This document shows positions 1 through 12,458 of a stretch of 64,000 bases of DNA, in pieces. Positions within the stretch are counted from its first letter, which is position 1. Each line of letters opens with the position of its first letter. Both the position numbers and the translations under genes were made by a program. Origin of the DNA: Novakomyces olei (lineage: Eukaryota); the NCBI GenBank assembly GCA_016906335.1, contig JADEYG010000012.1, forward strand, positions 868,001 through 932,000. Reading direction: 5' to 3'. The notes under the pieces are model-generated. The model did no database searches. It saw nothing but the letters and a program-made list of their open reading frames with translations, and had not been told where the DNA came from.

Positions 1-711
1 GATACTATCCGTGATCGGACGGCTAATCCGCCCGTGGCAGTGACGGAGTGGCAATTGGCCACTCACCCGGGATTTTGGCCGGCTTACGTGTCAAGCTACA
101 TAAACTGCCCTCTGTTTGATTCCCAGGGACTCTACCGTCGAGTCGGACAGTTTCTGCCCACTGAACTGCCCGTGCTTGCGCTCTATGGAGCAGCAGACAA
201 GACTGTAGACGAGGCTCAGCGGCAGGAGGCTCAAGACCTGCTACCACACGCTCATTTTTTCACGTTCTCCGATGCCGGTCACGAACTGATCATTACACGG
301 TACAAGCTGATAGCTGACCGTATTGCTGCCTTTTATGAGCACATCACTGCTGGAGGCATAGCTCCCTTGACGAGTAGCGATAGCAGCTCTAACCTGTCAG
401 AGACCTCGTACCAGCACGTGACTCACTTTCAAAACTCGGCAAACAGTGTCAGCAGCAGTATGGGCACTACCGCTTCGCCTTCACTGACTCCTCACAAATC
501 CAACCAAGCATCTCATTCGCATTCGCATCAGAATCAGCATCATCATACTCCTCCTGATCCGAGTTACTTGAACCATGCAAACCAGCATCTTTACAGGCAC
601 TCTTCACTCGGCCGACGTTCACGTGCAACGCCACGCAGCAGTATTGACAGCACCAGCAGCCATGGCAGCTCGTCCAGTATGGCGCGAAGGCGGCTTCACA
701 CGGCGGCCTAG
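1..711 (+). CDS. Alpha/beta-hydrolase fold protein, 3' part (5' truncated by window), with S/H-rich low-complexity tail
   Basis: Frame open from base 1; LPVLALYGAADKTV...FSDAGHEL resembles the Asp and His motifs of an a/b hydrolase C-terminus. Confidence 0.7.
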   Translation, partial: DTIRDRTANPPVAVTEWQLATHPGFWPAYVSSYINCPLFDSQGLYRRVGQFLPTELPVLALYGAADKTVDEAQRQEAQDLLPHAHFFTFSDAGHELIITRYKLIADRIAAFYEHITAGGIAPLTSSDSSSNLSETSYQHVTHFQNSANSVSSSMGTTASPSLTPHKSNQASHSHSHQNQHHHTPPDPSYLNHANQHLYRHSSLGRRSRATPRSSIDSTSSHGSSSSMARRRLHTAA

Positions 712-1205
712 ATCGGATACCCTATTTATTTGTATTTGTATTTCTGTCTATTATGAACTCGTCCATTCATTCTTCAAAAATTGTCTTGAATCGTTCTCGT
801 TTGCATTTCATACTGCTGGAATTTCGCCATAGCTACGCAAAGTATTTGAATGTTTTGTGCAGCAAGTTGTAGACTTGGCCTTTTAATGGCCCAAACGTTC
901 GGGATTGGAAATTTGAGTGACTGGCTGTACGCTAGTAGTACGTTGCTCTACTTGACGTTTCTGCATAATAAAATGATTGACTGGTGTTGAACGCAAGTTT
1001 ACTAATTATTATTTACCAATTATGATCTGCACTAGTAAACAAAGACATGCTAGTCTTGAACAGCTAAACATGTGACTAATTATTTGCAAGTTGGTCCAAG
1101 TTAAATTACAACGTCATTGCTAGAGACAGCCTCAATTGGTGTTTAACTCCGATTGGCGCCTCAAAGTAGACTCTAAAGGATTCCATTCATACACAGTGTC
1201 CGAAA

Positions 1206-1875
1206 TCACGCACTGCTCTTTTCCTGACCGGAGAGTAGAGTGAAAACAGGTGCACTGAGCTGATTGCGGCCCTTAAGGAACTCGAGTTCCATCAAGAACA
1301 CGTATTCCACCAACTCAGCGCCAAGCTGGGTCACTAGCTGGCCTGCAGCAGCAGCGGAGCCTCCAGTAGCAATTACATCATCGACTATAACTGCCCTTTG
1401 CCCTGGCTTTAAAGCGTCACGTTGCAGTTGGAACGAATCAACTCCATACTCCTTTTTGTACTCAGCCGAGACTATATCGCCGGGCAACTTTCCCGGCTTT
1501 CGAATCGGCACAAATCCACAGCCCAGGCGCAGAGCCAGTGCCGGTCCAAACAAAAAGCCTCGTGCTTCTAAACCCACGATTACATCGATTGATCCAAAGG
1601 TGCTGGTTATGTGCTGTTCTAGCGCAGATATCTTTTGATTATTAGCCGCACATTGACTCAATTCTACTTTTTGCTTCCATTTTGATTGCTGTTTTCTTAC
1701 CAATGCTGTGAAGGCTTCTACATCACTGAATATAGGAATTATCTGCCAATATTTAGTTTGTGCTTCAGACCCATAATGTTCGTACATCCTCAAACAGGAT
1801 CCCTTTTTGCGGGAAATCTGGGTATTGCCTTAATCGCGATTTTACCAGTCCGACGTGCTCATCGAAATGTCCCAT
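1206..1875 (-). CDS. APT1: Adenine phosphoribosyltransferase (3 exons)
   Basis: Spliced product [35 protein letters not shown]...; [19 protein letters not shown] and [12 protein letters not shown] motifs; introns gtacga..cag and gtaaga..aag. Confidence 0.95.
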
Positions 1876-2007
1876 ATTACTGGCAGCGGTTTGATTGGTA
1901 ATGCTGTCGCCTTTCTATTCCGTGCGGTCAGCGCTTCCTTTATTCTTTTCTATTATGCCCACAACCACCGATGGATGGGCGCATACTAGAATTGGAATTA
2001 TATAACG

Positions 2008-2058
2008 TAATTTGTATTGTATAATAATTTGTATTGTATAATAATTTGTATTGTATAA
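2008..2058. repeat. 17-bp tandem repeat TAATTTGTATTGTATAA x3
   Basis: Three perfect copies read directly. Confidence 0.9.
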
Positions 2059-2628
2059 TCCAATTTCTTAACTTTAATGAAGCTCGGAAAATTGTGCTTT
2101 CCTATTTATTGGCAAAAGTACCCAAAATGAATTGCGACAATAGCGGATACAGTATACGTACGCGCTTTGGCTGTCTTGAATTTTACCTTTTATTATTAGA
2201 AAAAGGCGCATTGACCGTATAACAATGGTATATATTATCAGCACTAGTTTTGCTGTATTGATGATGTCCCTACTATCTCACATATACACAATATTTTAAA
2301 CATAAAATGCCTAATATTCGGCTGGAGGTAGATAAATAAGATTAGCATTATATTTTATTATAATATTATATAATACTGTAGTCGAATACTGCACTCCGTG
2401 TGTCGAAAGCACTCCAAGTGGAAACAGTCTACCATTAAGCCCGGACGAGGGCACCGAACACTGCGGTGCCGTAATGGAACACAAACGTGTCGTCATATAG
2501 TTTCTCTTCACAACAAAGGAACCTATACTTTGTATAATGTAAAGCGTATTCTAAACGGCATAGTCGGCAATTGAATACGTGCGTACAAGTATTCCCCTAC
2601 CCTGCCCACTCCCCCACAAGGCCAAAAA

Positions 2629-3126
2629 ATGGCGAAAAAAGGACGTGCCCTTGTAAGAGCACTGATCAAGCAGCAAAAATGCGTTGATGATCTTCGCGAT
2701 CTTCGTGCTCAAATCCGACAGGCCAGAAGTCAGCTAGCTTGGGTACAAGCTTATTACAGCCGACATTATGACGAAGACGAATTGCTGCCCTGGCTGTGTT
2801 ACAATTATGACCACGGACTACAGGATGCAGAGTACGCAATCAAATGTGCAAAAGAACGAGAAACGATATGGCGTAATCTCTTACTTGCTGCTGCTGTCCC
2901 CTATATTACGGGCACGCGTCAGCGCGACCGTAATCGTGCCGTGCTAATGCGCCTCGACAAACAGGCGGCATTAATGTATGACATTTTTATCGCCTCCTCT
3001 AAACCCGATTCATTGTCCACAACCTGGAAAAGCCATTGCTTTATCGCACTTGATGTCTTGCGAATGGCCGTCGTGGAAGTTTTGCGATGCGCATGGTGGC
3101 TGCTCGCAGACAGTTTTGAGTATTGA
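2629..3126 (+). CDS. Hypothetical protein (basic amphipathic N-terminus, possibly mitochondrial LYR/DUF1763-like); 3' end uncertain
   Basis: 165-aa ORF with aaaaATGG start context; weak resemblance only. Confidence 0.5.
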   Translation: MAKKGRALVRALIKQQKCVDDLRDLRAQIRQARSQLAWVQAYYSRHYDEDELLPWLCYNYDHGLQDAEYAIKCAKERETIWRNLLLAAAVPYITGTRQRDRNRAVLMRLDKQAALMYDIFIASSKPDSLSTTWKSHCFIALDVLRMAVVEVLRCAWWLLADSFEY

Positions 3127-3607
3127 CACTGCCTTGGATCCTCATAATCCTATCACTATACATTAGTAATGTCCACGGTCAGAATATGCGTCGTGTAGGA
3201 ATTAGCTCAGCATAAAAGTATATTAGGTAGCTTGGGTTTTTTTAATCAAAGCCGGACGTGGAGCCTCAAGACGAGATTCCGCAAAGACTAAGTCAAATGC
3301 CAGTATCATCATAACCAATCCCATATTGAAGACGCATGAAAAAGAGAACAAAAAGCGAAAAGCGAATGCACTACCCTTACGACATTTGGTCGATAGTACG
3401 TTTGTGGCTGCTGCTGGCTCCGTCCTGAATTTCAAGCTCGCTTTCTTTTGAGTGGAGATACTCTTGCAGGAGCATTGAACGAGGAAAATCAGGAAGCTGT
3501 TTCCAGTAGTGAGGCTGCAATGCACGAGCGTCTACCAAATATGTCCGGCTTTCTCTTAGCGGCAGCAGCCGCTGCCGCGTGTCTATAGGCTTAGTCTGCG
3601 AAAGCAT
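3041..3607 (-). CDS. Small hypothetical protein, probably spliced
   Basis: ORF MLSQTKPID...KRTIDQMS ends at a gtaagg donor; branch/acceptor actaatgtatag near 3157-3168 gives in-phase DRIMRIQ...RHQVR*. Confidence 0.35.
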
Positions 3608-4154
3608 TCATGAAAAATTTGCAAGCACTCGGCTGTCATACACAATTATATGCACGAAACCTTTTGCTATATTATATGAAGATAGAGGACTAGAATAATT
3701 ATTGATTTTATATTCACACATAATTTTAATGCACATAATTTTAGTTTTAAAGTCTTGCCTCACAGATATCATTTAGATGATTAGGGTAATACGTGCAATG
3801 GCTGAACTTGGCTTTTAATAAGTCAATACCGGGCAAAATAAGTCGACTAAAGATTATGAAAAGGACACAAACAATGCGCTTTGACGATTATGCAATAAAA
3901 ATATCAAGCCATTTCAGCTACAAACAATGCTTTCAATGCCAACGTAGGCATTAAGATCAAATACAAAAATTATAAAATAACTAGATATAAAAGAATTAAT
4001 TATAAATATAAATAAACTAAAAAAAAATATCTCGAGAGAAATGAAAAATAAAAACAAAAATTTCTTGGAAGAACAAAATTTACGTAAACGCAAATAATGT
4101 ACCTGAGAAACAAGTGTAATTCTTGCGCAAATAAAAAGGTATATATATAAGAGA

Positions 4155-6059
4155 TTATGAAAAATCCAGCTTTAAAATAGAAAATAACATATTCTGCAGC
4201 ACGTGCAGGGAAACTGCAACTGCGGCCGGCGTAATATCTGGGTAGCGCACAAGGTCGAGCACAGCCTCCTCTGTGACCGCAATATGGAATATGCGGAGCA
4301 TAATAATACGACTTAAAAGAGCGCTCAGCATCTCAACGATCCAAACGACGCAAGAAGCGTAAAACGTCAGACGGTAAGTGTACCCTTGCTCTTCGTGGCC
4401 GAGTACGGAGAAGTAGGGGTACGCACGTTTATTTGGCCCGAAATGCAGAATAGTAAGCCAACCGAGGAAAGCAATCATTGTAATATTTCCAGCCAAGCAC
4501 TTGATATAAAAAGAACGCGCCATGTTCTTTTTATGCTCGTCATACGAAGAATCGCCGCGGGTAAAGAAGCACATTGTGCGATGAGCCCAAGTTGTCATTA
4601 ACAGCGGATTCAATATAGTCATCACAAAGCTGGAAGCACCTTGAATAACAGCAAAGTCTGCCGGAGTATGAAGCCGAGCGTACAAGTTGCGCACGTAAAC
4701 CATAAGCGTCATTTGGTAGTATAGCTTGAAAATCCATACAAGAGGATACGACTTGATTTTCGCGTTCAACACGATGGCGGTCACAATATCGAGAACATGG
4801 ACAGTGATTACCCAGCTAAAGGTCAGCAAAGCACAAATAAAGAAGGCAATGGAGCCGGGAAAAGAATATATATGTATATTATCCAATGAAACAACAAGAT
4901 AAAATAGAAAGCAAAAAACAAAAAAAAAACTGGCTAGTCCCATACGTGTAAACGTATAAAAGAGCATCGACGCTATTGCGACTTGGTGCGGCAGACAAAT
5001 ATATATATGCGTAGAGCTCTCCAGCTCCAAACGCAACGAGTCCAATTGTCATAACAAGGCAGAACCAGAGGAACCGAACGTACGAGCCGGGAAGACCATT
5101 TCGCGGGGTTGTGTCACCAAACAAGGCCTGGGTCTGTGTCATTGAATAACGACGGCTCTTGCTAGCCATAACCCTGACTTTGTGCATCGCAAACTAGTGG
5201 TATCAATATATGAACAACAAGAATCGAAGCATCGTTGTACTAAGACAAAAAAATTTAGTTCCTTATCCTTGAAACGGACTGTCCAACTTTAAACAATAGG
5301 AAAAAAAATTGGTTTTTAAAAATCATACAATCACGGGAAAAGCCATTGTAACAAAAGTCAAAAGCACCCATGTTAAGGTATAAGTCTCCCACCCGTTGCC
5401 GGCAAATAGGTAGATACCCACACCAGCGGCAACGGACACTGCCCAAAACAACGAGTAGCTGATCAGCCCTCCAACCTTCTGCGGCCACCAATTCACGGAA
5501 AACAAGTCAAACATTTTCGTGATCCAAAATAGACCATTAGCGTTGTACAGCCCGTAATAGAAAAACACGAAAAACCAGAAATTGAGATCGTGCGACCCGT
5601 CGCCCTTGGGTATCATTACGTGTATAGTGTCGTGCGACACTTTAGTGGGAAAGGGTACAGCACACCAGCCCAAGACCTGCACGTTAGACCCACCAAGCGT
5701 ATACTTACCAGCAGACAAGGAGCGAGTACGAGTACTGTATTCCTCCATAGAAAAGAAGTGGCCATTTCGTAGACAACATCTCGACGCGGGTTAATGAAGA
5801 GAGCCCTTAACAAAGAGGCAGAGCTATCTACTTGCATTGAGCCATCGAGTAAAGACTCGGCCGATGCCTCGTCTAGAACGGCAGCAGCACGTGGCTTTTT
5901 CGTTGCTACCGCTGCAGCTGCTGCGAAAAGATTGGGGAAAGTCGCTTTGCGTAAAAGGCGGAAACGGCCAACAACAACAGGATTCTCGTCAAATTCAGGG
6001 TCGTGCTGCAGCTCATCATGCTCAGATCCGCGCTGCAGTGGCAGAAACGTTCGGTACAT
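4155..6059 (-). CDS. Conserved-looking fungal multi-pass membrane protein (4 exons)
   Basis: Exons join via introns 5677-5708 (32 nt), ~5194-5328 and ~4816-4947 into one ORF with many TM segments (NFWFFVFFYYGLYN, FSVNWWP, YVYTWVITVH, LHFGPNKRAYPYF). Confidence 0.8.
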
Positions 6060-6505
6060 GTCAGCATGAGCAAAGACAGAAGTGCTCAACGTCTTTGTCT
6101 CATAGTCAGTCACATGCTACTTTTGTGCTTTTTCCGACAATAATTATTAGTGCAGGTAAAAGGTAACATTACACAGGTATAAACTGTATATAGACCACGA
6201 ATATAGGCCATATTTGACGATGAGCTTACTAGTAAATTCTGCACGTGAAGACGCGAGTGTACAATTTATATGTCAGAGAGCAGTATAGATAAGGATAGTA
6301 GCATGTTAAATAAGTTAGAAATAAATTAGAAATAAAATAGTAAAAAGGACAGAAATAAGGTTAGTAATAAGGTTAGAAATAACTTTAGTAATATATAGCG
6401 TTAGTAATAACGTAATAAGGACAGTAACAAGAATAGTGGTATATAAGGATAATATACAAGATCGTGTGGGGTAGACATCATCACAAAGCACTGACGAGTT
6501 TGACA

Positions 6506-7151
6506 ATGCCGTCTCCACCTTTCCCGGAAGACTCGGGTCACGACCTTCGCAAATATGCAAAATCAATCAGTTATGCTAACGTTGCTGCGCGTGTTGGCGC
6601 TCTAGGCAGCGGTGGTATGCACTTTATTGGTAACACTGTAAGAGGCTAACAGCCGTTCCAGTACTGGCCGGCTATGCTTTTGCTATATCCTATGCCGCTG
6701 CTCCTTCCTTTACCACCGGCCAAGAGGGCGTATTCGCGGCAAAGGCCTTTGAAGACTGCTATAGGCACGGCCTCCGGTTCGGTCCGCCTGTATTCGCCGT
6801 CGTCGCCGGTTCTTTAGGCGCCTCGTACCTTCTTGCGCCGGCTTCACAAGCTCTACGCAGGAAGCTTCGGCTGGCCGCTCTAGCCATTATTTCCGTGGGA
6901 ATACCATACACGCTTTTGCTCATGACAAAGACGTCCCGGCCGCTTCTTGATATCGCCTCCCGCACAGTGCCGGTAGAGGCTTTCACGGGGAACCTCTTTG
7001 AATTACTCGCACGATGGAAAAAGTAAGTTGCCCTCAGCTACTGTCGCTAAAGGAAGTATACACCCAACATGCTAACCTAACGTCTAGTCTCAATTACGGT
7101 CGCTCTTTTATTGCCTTTGCCGCGTCTGCTGCCGCCCTTATTTCGCTCTAG
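6506..7151 (+). CDS. DUF1772/anthrone-oxygenase-like small membrane protein (3 exons)
   Basis: Spliced MPSPP...GVLAGYAFAISYAAAP...IPYTLLLMTKTS...ELLARWKNLNYGRS fits the family pattern (PYT..M, L..W..LN..R). Confidence 0.7.
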
Positions 7152-7345
7152 CTGACTGTTTATTCCGACTTTTTGATCTCTATTCCGCTCTGGCCGGTGC
7201 CCAACTGGCCCGCTTCAATGTCTCTAGTCACATTTTACGTGCGCCAAGTTCAATCGAGCCGATCAAAGACTACCTTGCTTTTTTAGCCTTGGACAACTAT
7301 GATTTAATATTGATTAATTATAATTGGTTTCCCTACAAATACTAC

Positions 7346-9559
7346 CTAGTCTTCCGTCATTGCTACATCCCCATTTTGTGCTTGCTCTGCGTTGTTTCGC
7401 GTTCCAACAGTGGCAGACATTAGGCTCTGCTCTTCCAAGTTTGGGGCAGTAGCGCTTTCACGCAGAATAGGAGGCGGCCCTGTTGGGATCTCTGCGCCCG
7501 CCGTGCTTTCTGAGCCACCCACCGGCATAGTCTGCACCTCTATAATGTCTTTGGCTGCAAATGGTACTTTTGCCAGTGTTGGTGTAACTGGGTTAGAGCT
7601 CATATTTCGAGCCCTGCCACCTCCCGTGGAGTCATAGAATTCATTCTGCCTTTTTGGCTTTTGATCGTATATACTCTCTGACATATTAGCACACTAGATT
7701 ATCAAATTAAAAAGAATGAAACGAATAAAGATTCGTTTAATTGTAAATAATTCATTAGTAGACACTCACGCTTCCTTGAATCCGGGTCCGCATTGTCACT
7801 CTCCAGTGTCTCATCATCTTCGCCGTCCCGCGGCACTTGCTGCATTTGCACGCTTGGCGCAAATTTCGTGTGTGACAAATTTGAAAGAACTTGTGTGTTT
7901 ATCTTTTCCAGATATTCTCGGGTATTCATGTCGCTCACATTAGAGGTGGGTACGTCCAGCGTGTACGTGGGTCCAAAGTACTCATAGTAGTCGTTAAACG
8001 GCAGCTCCGGCCCCACTTTTTGGCCCACAATGACACCAGTCTCATACGTCCAAGCCCGGGCAACATTGCGCATAGTGTAGCCACCCCCACCTAGCACAAG
8101 TGTGGGCAGTCCAAACTTTTTCACGTACGCCACACACGCAGCGTGGCCATAAAGGCTAAGGTTAAAACAGCCCAGACGGTCTCCTGCCAGCGAATCTGCT
8201 CCACACTGCAAAACTACGGCGCCCGGTCGATACCATTCCATAATTGATGAAATAATTGGCTGAAAGACGCGATGGTAAGATTCGTCGGTTATACCTTCCC
8301 TTAGAGGGACATTAACAGCGTAGTTCTTGCCCTTACCATGGCCCGTATCCCGCAGTTCTCCAGTACCAGGGAAGAACTCTCCGTACTTGTGAAATGAGCA
8401 AGTCATTACACGATCAGTCGTATAGAATGCTTCTTCAACACCATCGCCGTGATGCACATCAATGTCGATGTACAGTACCCGTGGGTAATACCGCAACAGC
8501 TCTAGAATTCCGAGTACGATATCTGGCATTAGTTGACTGCTAAGTACAATGCTTCATAATAGTTTTGTTTGTTGTTCAATATTGCTTTTTATTATTTTCG
8601 TTTCAGACATTGTCAAGGCTTACCATTCACGTAGCAAAAGCCACTAGCCTCGGACTTTTTCGCGTGGTGAAGGCCACCCGCCCAGTTAATTGCAATATCA
8701 CACTTGCCCCGATTTAGCCGTGCTGCTCCCTCTAAAACATTAGCCAGAGCTCAATGTTATTAAACGTGTGTATATGACATTTGATTAGACGGCGCTAAAC
8801 GATGTCGAGTACACGTTGCATCAAATTATCCATTTAAAATGGGTATAAATGGTCCAAAAAGCACAAAGTATGATTGTAACGCACCCATACTGCCACCGCC
8901 ACTGATACCACAAAACTCGAAGAGGCCATCAAACACAGGACAATCATCCCCCACGTTGACTGGAAATTATTATAAATTCAGAATAGGTCGCTTTTTACAT
9001 TTAGCTTGCTGCGAAACATTGGCGTCTAGCGTCTCTGGTGAAACTCGGGATAAAAAGTCAATGTACTCGTCCGTGTGGAACTGGCACATTTCTTGCTTTG
9101 TTGCCGGTTTTGCTCGCTGTCTCATAAGCATTTTTATTGCAAGCAGGCGACTTTATAGTTCATTATCCGCGGACATTGGACAATACGCTTATTTGCAGCT
9201 GTGCTTACATAGATCTCCATTTTTCGATACAGTCCATAGTTCATTATAAGGCTGTGTGTCATACGAATTCGGTGCGGTTTCATCGGGTGCCCTGCGCCAT
9301 ATGCATAATTGCTTTAGATCAATTAGTTTGAGTAATGCGAAATCTATATCTTGCCCAATTTCCGCTGTAGAGCAAGGAAAAAACAATAAAGGTTAGTCAA
9401 GGAACACGGGTCCAAAAGTTTTGCTCACAGTCGTAAAAGTAGGCGACTCCTTAAAGTATATGTTAGCATAATGACATGACAGATCAAAACAAGAGTCATA
9501 CGTTTATTAGAATCTCCATTCGAGGCGAGGGCCTCCAAATGAGAGGCCCCGTCCGTCAT
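7346..9559 (-). CDS. RPD3: Class I histone deacetylase Rpd3/Clr6 (9 exons)
   Basis: [80 protein letters not shown]. Confidence 0.95.
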
Positions 9560-9978
9560 TGTGTGCCTCTACTGCCCTTCTACTCCGCCAATGCAGTTGC
9601 ACTGTAATAAAATGATTAAAAGAACAAGAGTTGCAATGGCAATTTCTGTAACTGCCGATGCTTCCTCTTGCGCCAAACCGCTTTGGCCGTACCTACCGAT
9701 CGTCTTTGGCTTGCGCTGGTCTATTTGTTATGTCATTTTCGTAAAATATTAATTGTTCATATTATTCGCTACATTACTTGATGGCTGGATGCCGTGCATT
9801 TATAGGCAAATGTTTTTATTCGTGTTGGGCATATTCTTTGATGTATGTTGATGAATGATATACTATAATTATCAATAGTTGTATATATATGTTACAGTAT
9901 GCAGAGCCAAATAAATAATAAGCGTGCCTTTTGCGTTACACCTACTTTCTAAAAGCTGAACAAAAGCAAGTAGAAATC

Positions 9979-11968
9979 TTATACTGACGTCTTTTTGCCG
10001 GCACGGGCCATGGGGCCCCAATGCGCTGTTGGATTAGCCTGGTAACGCACCAAGTTTGCCTTTTTCGACGGCAATTTACTCTGTGGATGCGGCGACCAGT
10101 CGATTTCAGGTCTGCATGATTAAACCCGGACCTCAAATAAAATAATAATGAAGAATAGTAACGCAAAAAAATCAAACACAAGGCACAATAAATTATACGA
10201 TAAAAATAAAAACTTACGCTGATTCAAGATTTTCCAAAAGTTTTGCACTTGGGCTGCCAGGCGCAATCCCTTCACGCTTGACAGTCTTGTTCTTTGCCTG
10301 TACATTGGATTAGCAAAGGAAAAGATGTCCGATATCTTACCACATTGCGCGCCAGATCCCACATGAAACTTGGCGGCGCGTCTGTTTTCAAACCTCCTCG
10401 TAAAGCATGTGTTCCTGATACATTGTATCCAGCGTTTAGTATAGCAGATGCTACATGCGTCCATGGGGGCGGGCTCGTTTTTGTTCTTGAAAACAAAAGG
10501 CTCAAATCCCAGTAAAAAGGCACCTGTAATTCCTAGAAGCAAGTTAGTACAATTTCATTCTTAATGTGTTTCTTTTTTGCTTTCTCAAGTTCGTTTTGGT
10601 GAAGCGGAGATATCAGCACGGACTTATTTTTCCTTTTTATTTTATTTTTAATAATATATGTGGACTTCATCAATTGTCTTATTTATACCTCTTGTGCCAA
10701 AGTCACCATTCCCTTCATGCGAGGTATCGTGCCGTACGTATCTGTCGGTAAAGAATCAATGGAAGAAAGTAAAGAGGCTAGGAAGTCTTCATCATGAATT
10801 TTTCCACCCCAAAAAGGTCCTTCAATATGATGTTTTTGCCCACAATGTTCGCATATTGGGGAAACCGGCGGGCCTAATGCGCTCACATGACGCTCAATAC
10901 CCTTAGCCTCATTTTTCATGACGGTCCGACCAAAAGGCTGATTGTACCAAGAACTGCACCCAGAGCAGTGGTAGGCGATCATCGTTTTTGTATGGTTAAA
11001 CTTTACCTGTGCCGGCGAATACCGTACACGGATAAACAACCTCACATAAAAATCAATAGATAGTGAAAGCAACGGCGTTATACTGCGCCCATATCTGGCT
11101 GCTGAAGTCGCAAGTGCATGAAGCACTAATCTCAAAGCCTTGAATTATTAGTCAAACGTTTTAAAATAACGCGATTGACGAGGACTAACTAGACAGAAAC
11201 AATAACGAGACTTTGCGGGAAGAAAAAATCATAATAATAATAATAATATTCTCAAAGGATTACCAATTCGTGACAGTAGGGCGTTTTATCGCTAATCCCA
11301 CCATACAATGAAAAGCATTTTTCCGGATAGTTATTACCAGCCAGAACGGCCAGGTCGGTACAAGTGATACACACAAGTCCATCATTCTCCACTGTATTCA
11401 TGGCAGCATCTATAAAGGGTGCAGCAGTGCCGTAAGGATCTAGATCGATAACATTGAAACTAGCCTTTCGTGACTTGGCCAGGTACATAGCCATCATAGC
11501 ATCTTCGTTCATTGCTTCCACTTTGTCTTCGACTCCATTAAGCTCAATATTGCGCCTTATAGAAGTTACAGCCACAGGATCCATATCATTTGCAACGACC
11601 TGCTGTACTTCTGGTATTTCTTTAGCATACCGAATGGCTCTTAGACCAGTAGCGGACAATGCTTCTAAAATAGACAAATTGAGTTGGGGCTTGGCATCTT
11701 CCTTCCCACGATCCGTTTCAGCACTTTTCTCAGCATTTGAATTGGATTCTTCGTCAATTTTTCGCTTTTTTCCTCTCTGTTTTTGTGCCTCTTTTTCGGC
11801 TCGCTCCTTTGTCACTAATTGTGCCCAAGTGCGAATTACTGTGGTGCTAAGATCCCGATTAAACTGCTGAACAGGATTGTAGAAGACTTCATTGCGTTCA
11901 GGGAAAACGACGGTAGCAGATCCTTCAGTGAGAGGCTTAAATCCTTCTGGGATTTTTATTTCTGCCAT
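9979..11968 (-). CDS. TRM1: tRNA (guanine26-N2,N2)-dimethyltransferase (5 exons)
   Basis: VFYNPVQQFNRDLS, LEALSATGLRAIRY, IDLDPYG, SIDFYVRLF, C-terminal RYQANPTAHWGP. Confidence 0.95.
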
Positions 11969-12458
11969 ACCCACCAGAGACGTTTGGAAATTGCGCACTG
12001 TATATAAAGAACGTGTTTCAAGACTCAAAGTTGGCCTGCGTCGCACGCGTATGGCGAGTGCTAATGCACTGCCCACTTTGGAATTGCTTTGTACTAAACA
12101 CAGATTGAAATGACCAAACAAAAAAAAGATTTAATCGATAAAAAAAATTATGCAAAGATCATAGTTGCTAATCGCCTTGATTTGCTAATTCTATCGCTAT
12201 ACTGATTCTCTGCAAACACTTCTATAAAATACGCGAAACAATTCGCTCAGTATACAATATAATATTTTACGAAATATACGGATTAAATACTTGATGTGCC
12301 TACTCAGTAGGCTCAATTGTATGCCAAATCACAGGCAATTTCAGCTTTTCGGAGAACATTGCTCTTCCCGGTCTGAGGTTCGGTATCCAATTTTGCCATT
12401 TTATTCGATGATTTCTACGATTCCGAGTAAAATGGCTGGTAGATAGTAGCGAGCGCTG

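Noticed and set aside
2485-2530. Resemblance to snR30/U17 m1-m2-ACA motifs on the minus strand
   Set aside because: Motifs are imperfect, the upper stem is too short, and the RNA body would run into the 2629 ORF
5781-5835. Possible GC-donor/GAG-acceptor intron in the membrane protein gene
   Set aside because: The canonical 32-nt GTAAGT..CTAAC..CAG intron at 5677-5708 explains the frame change better
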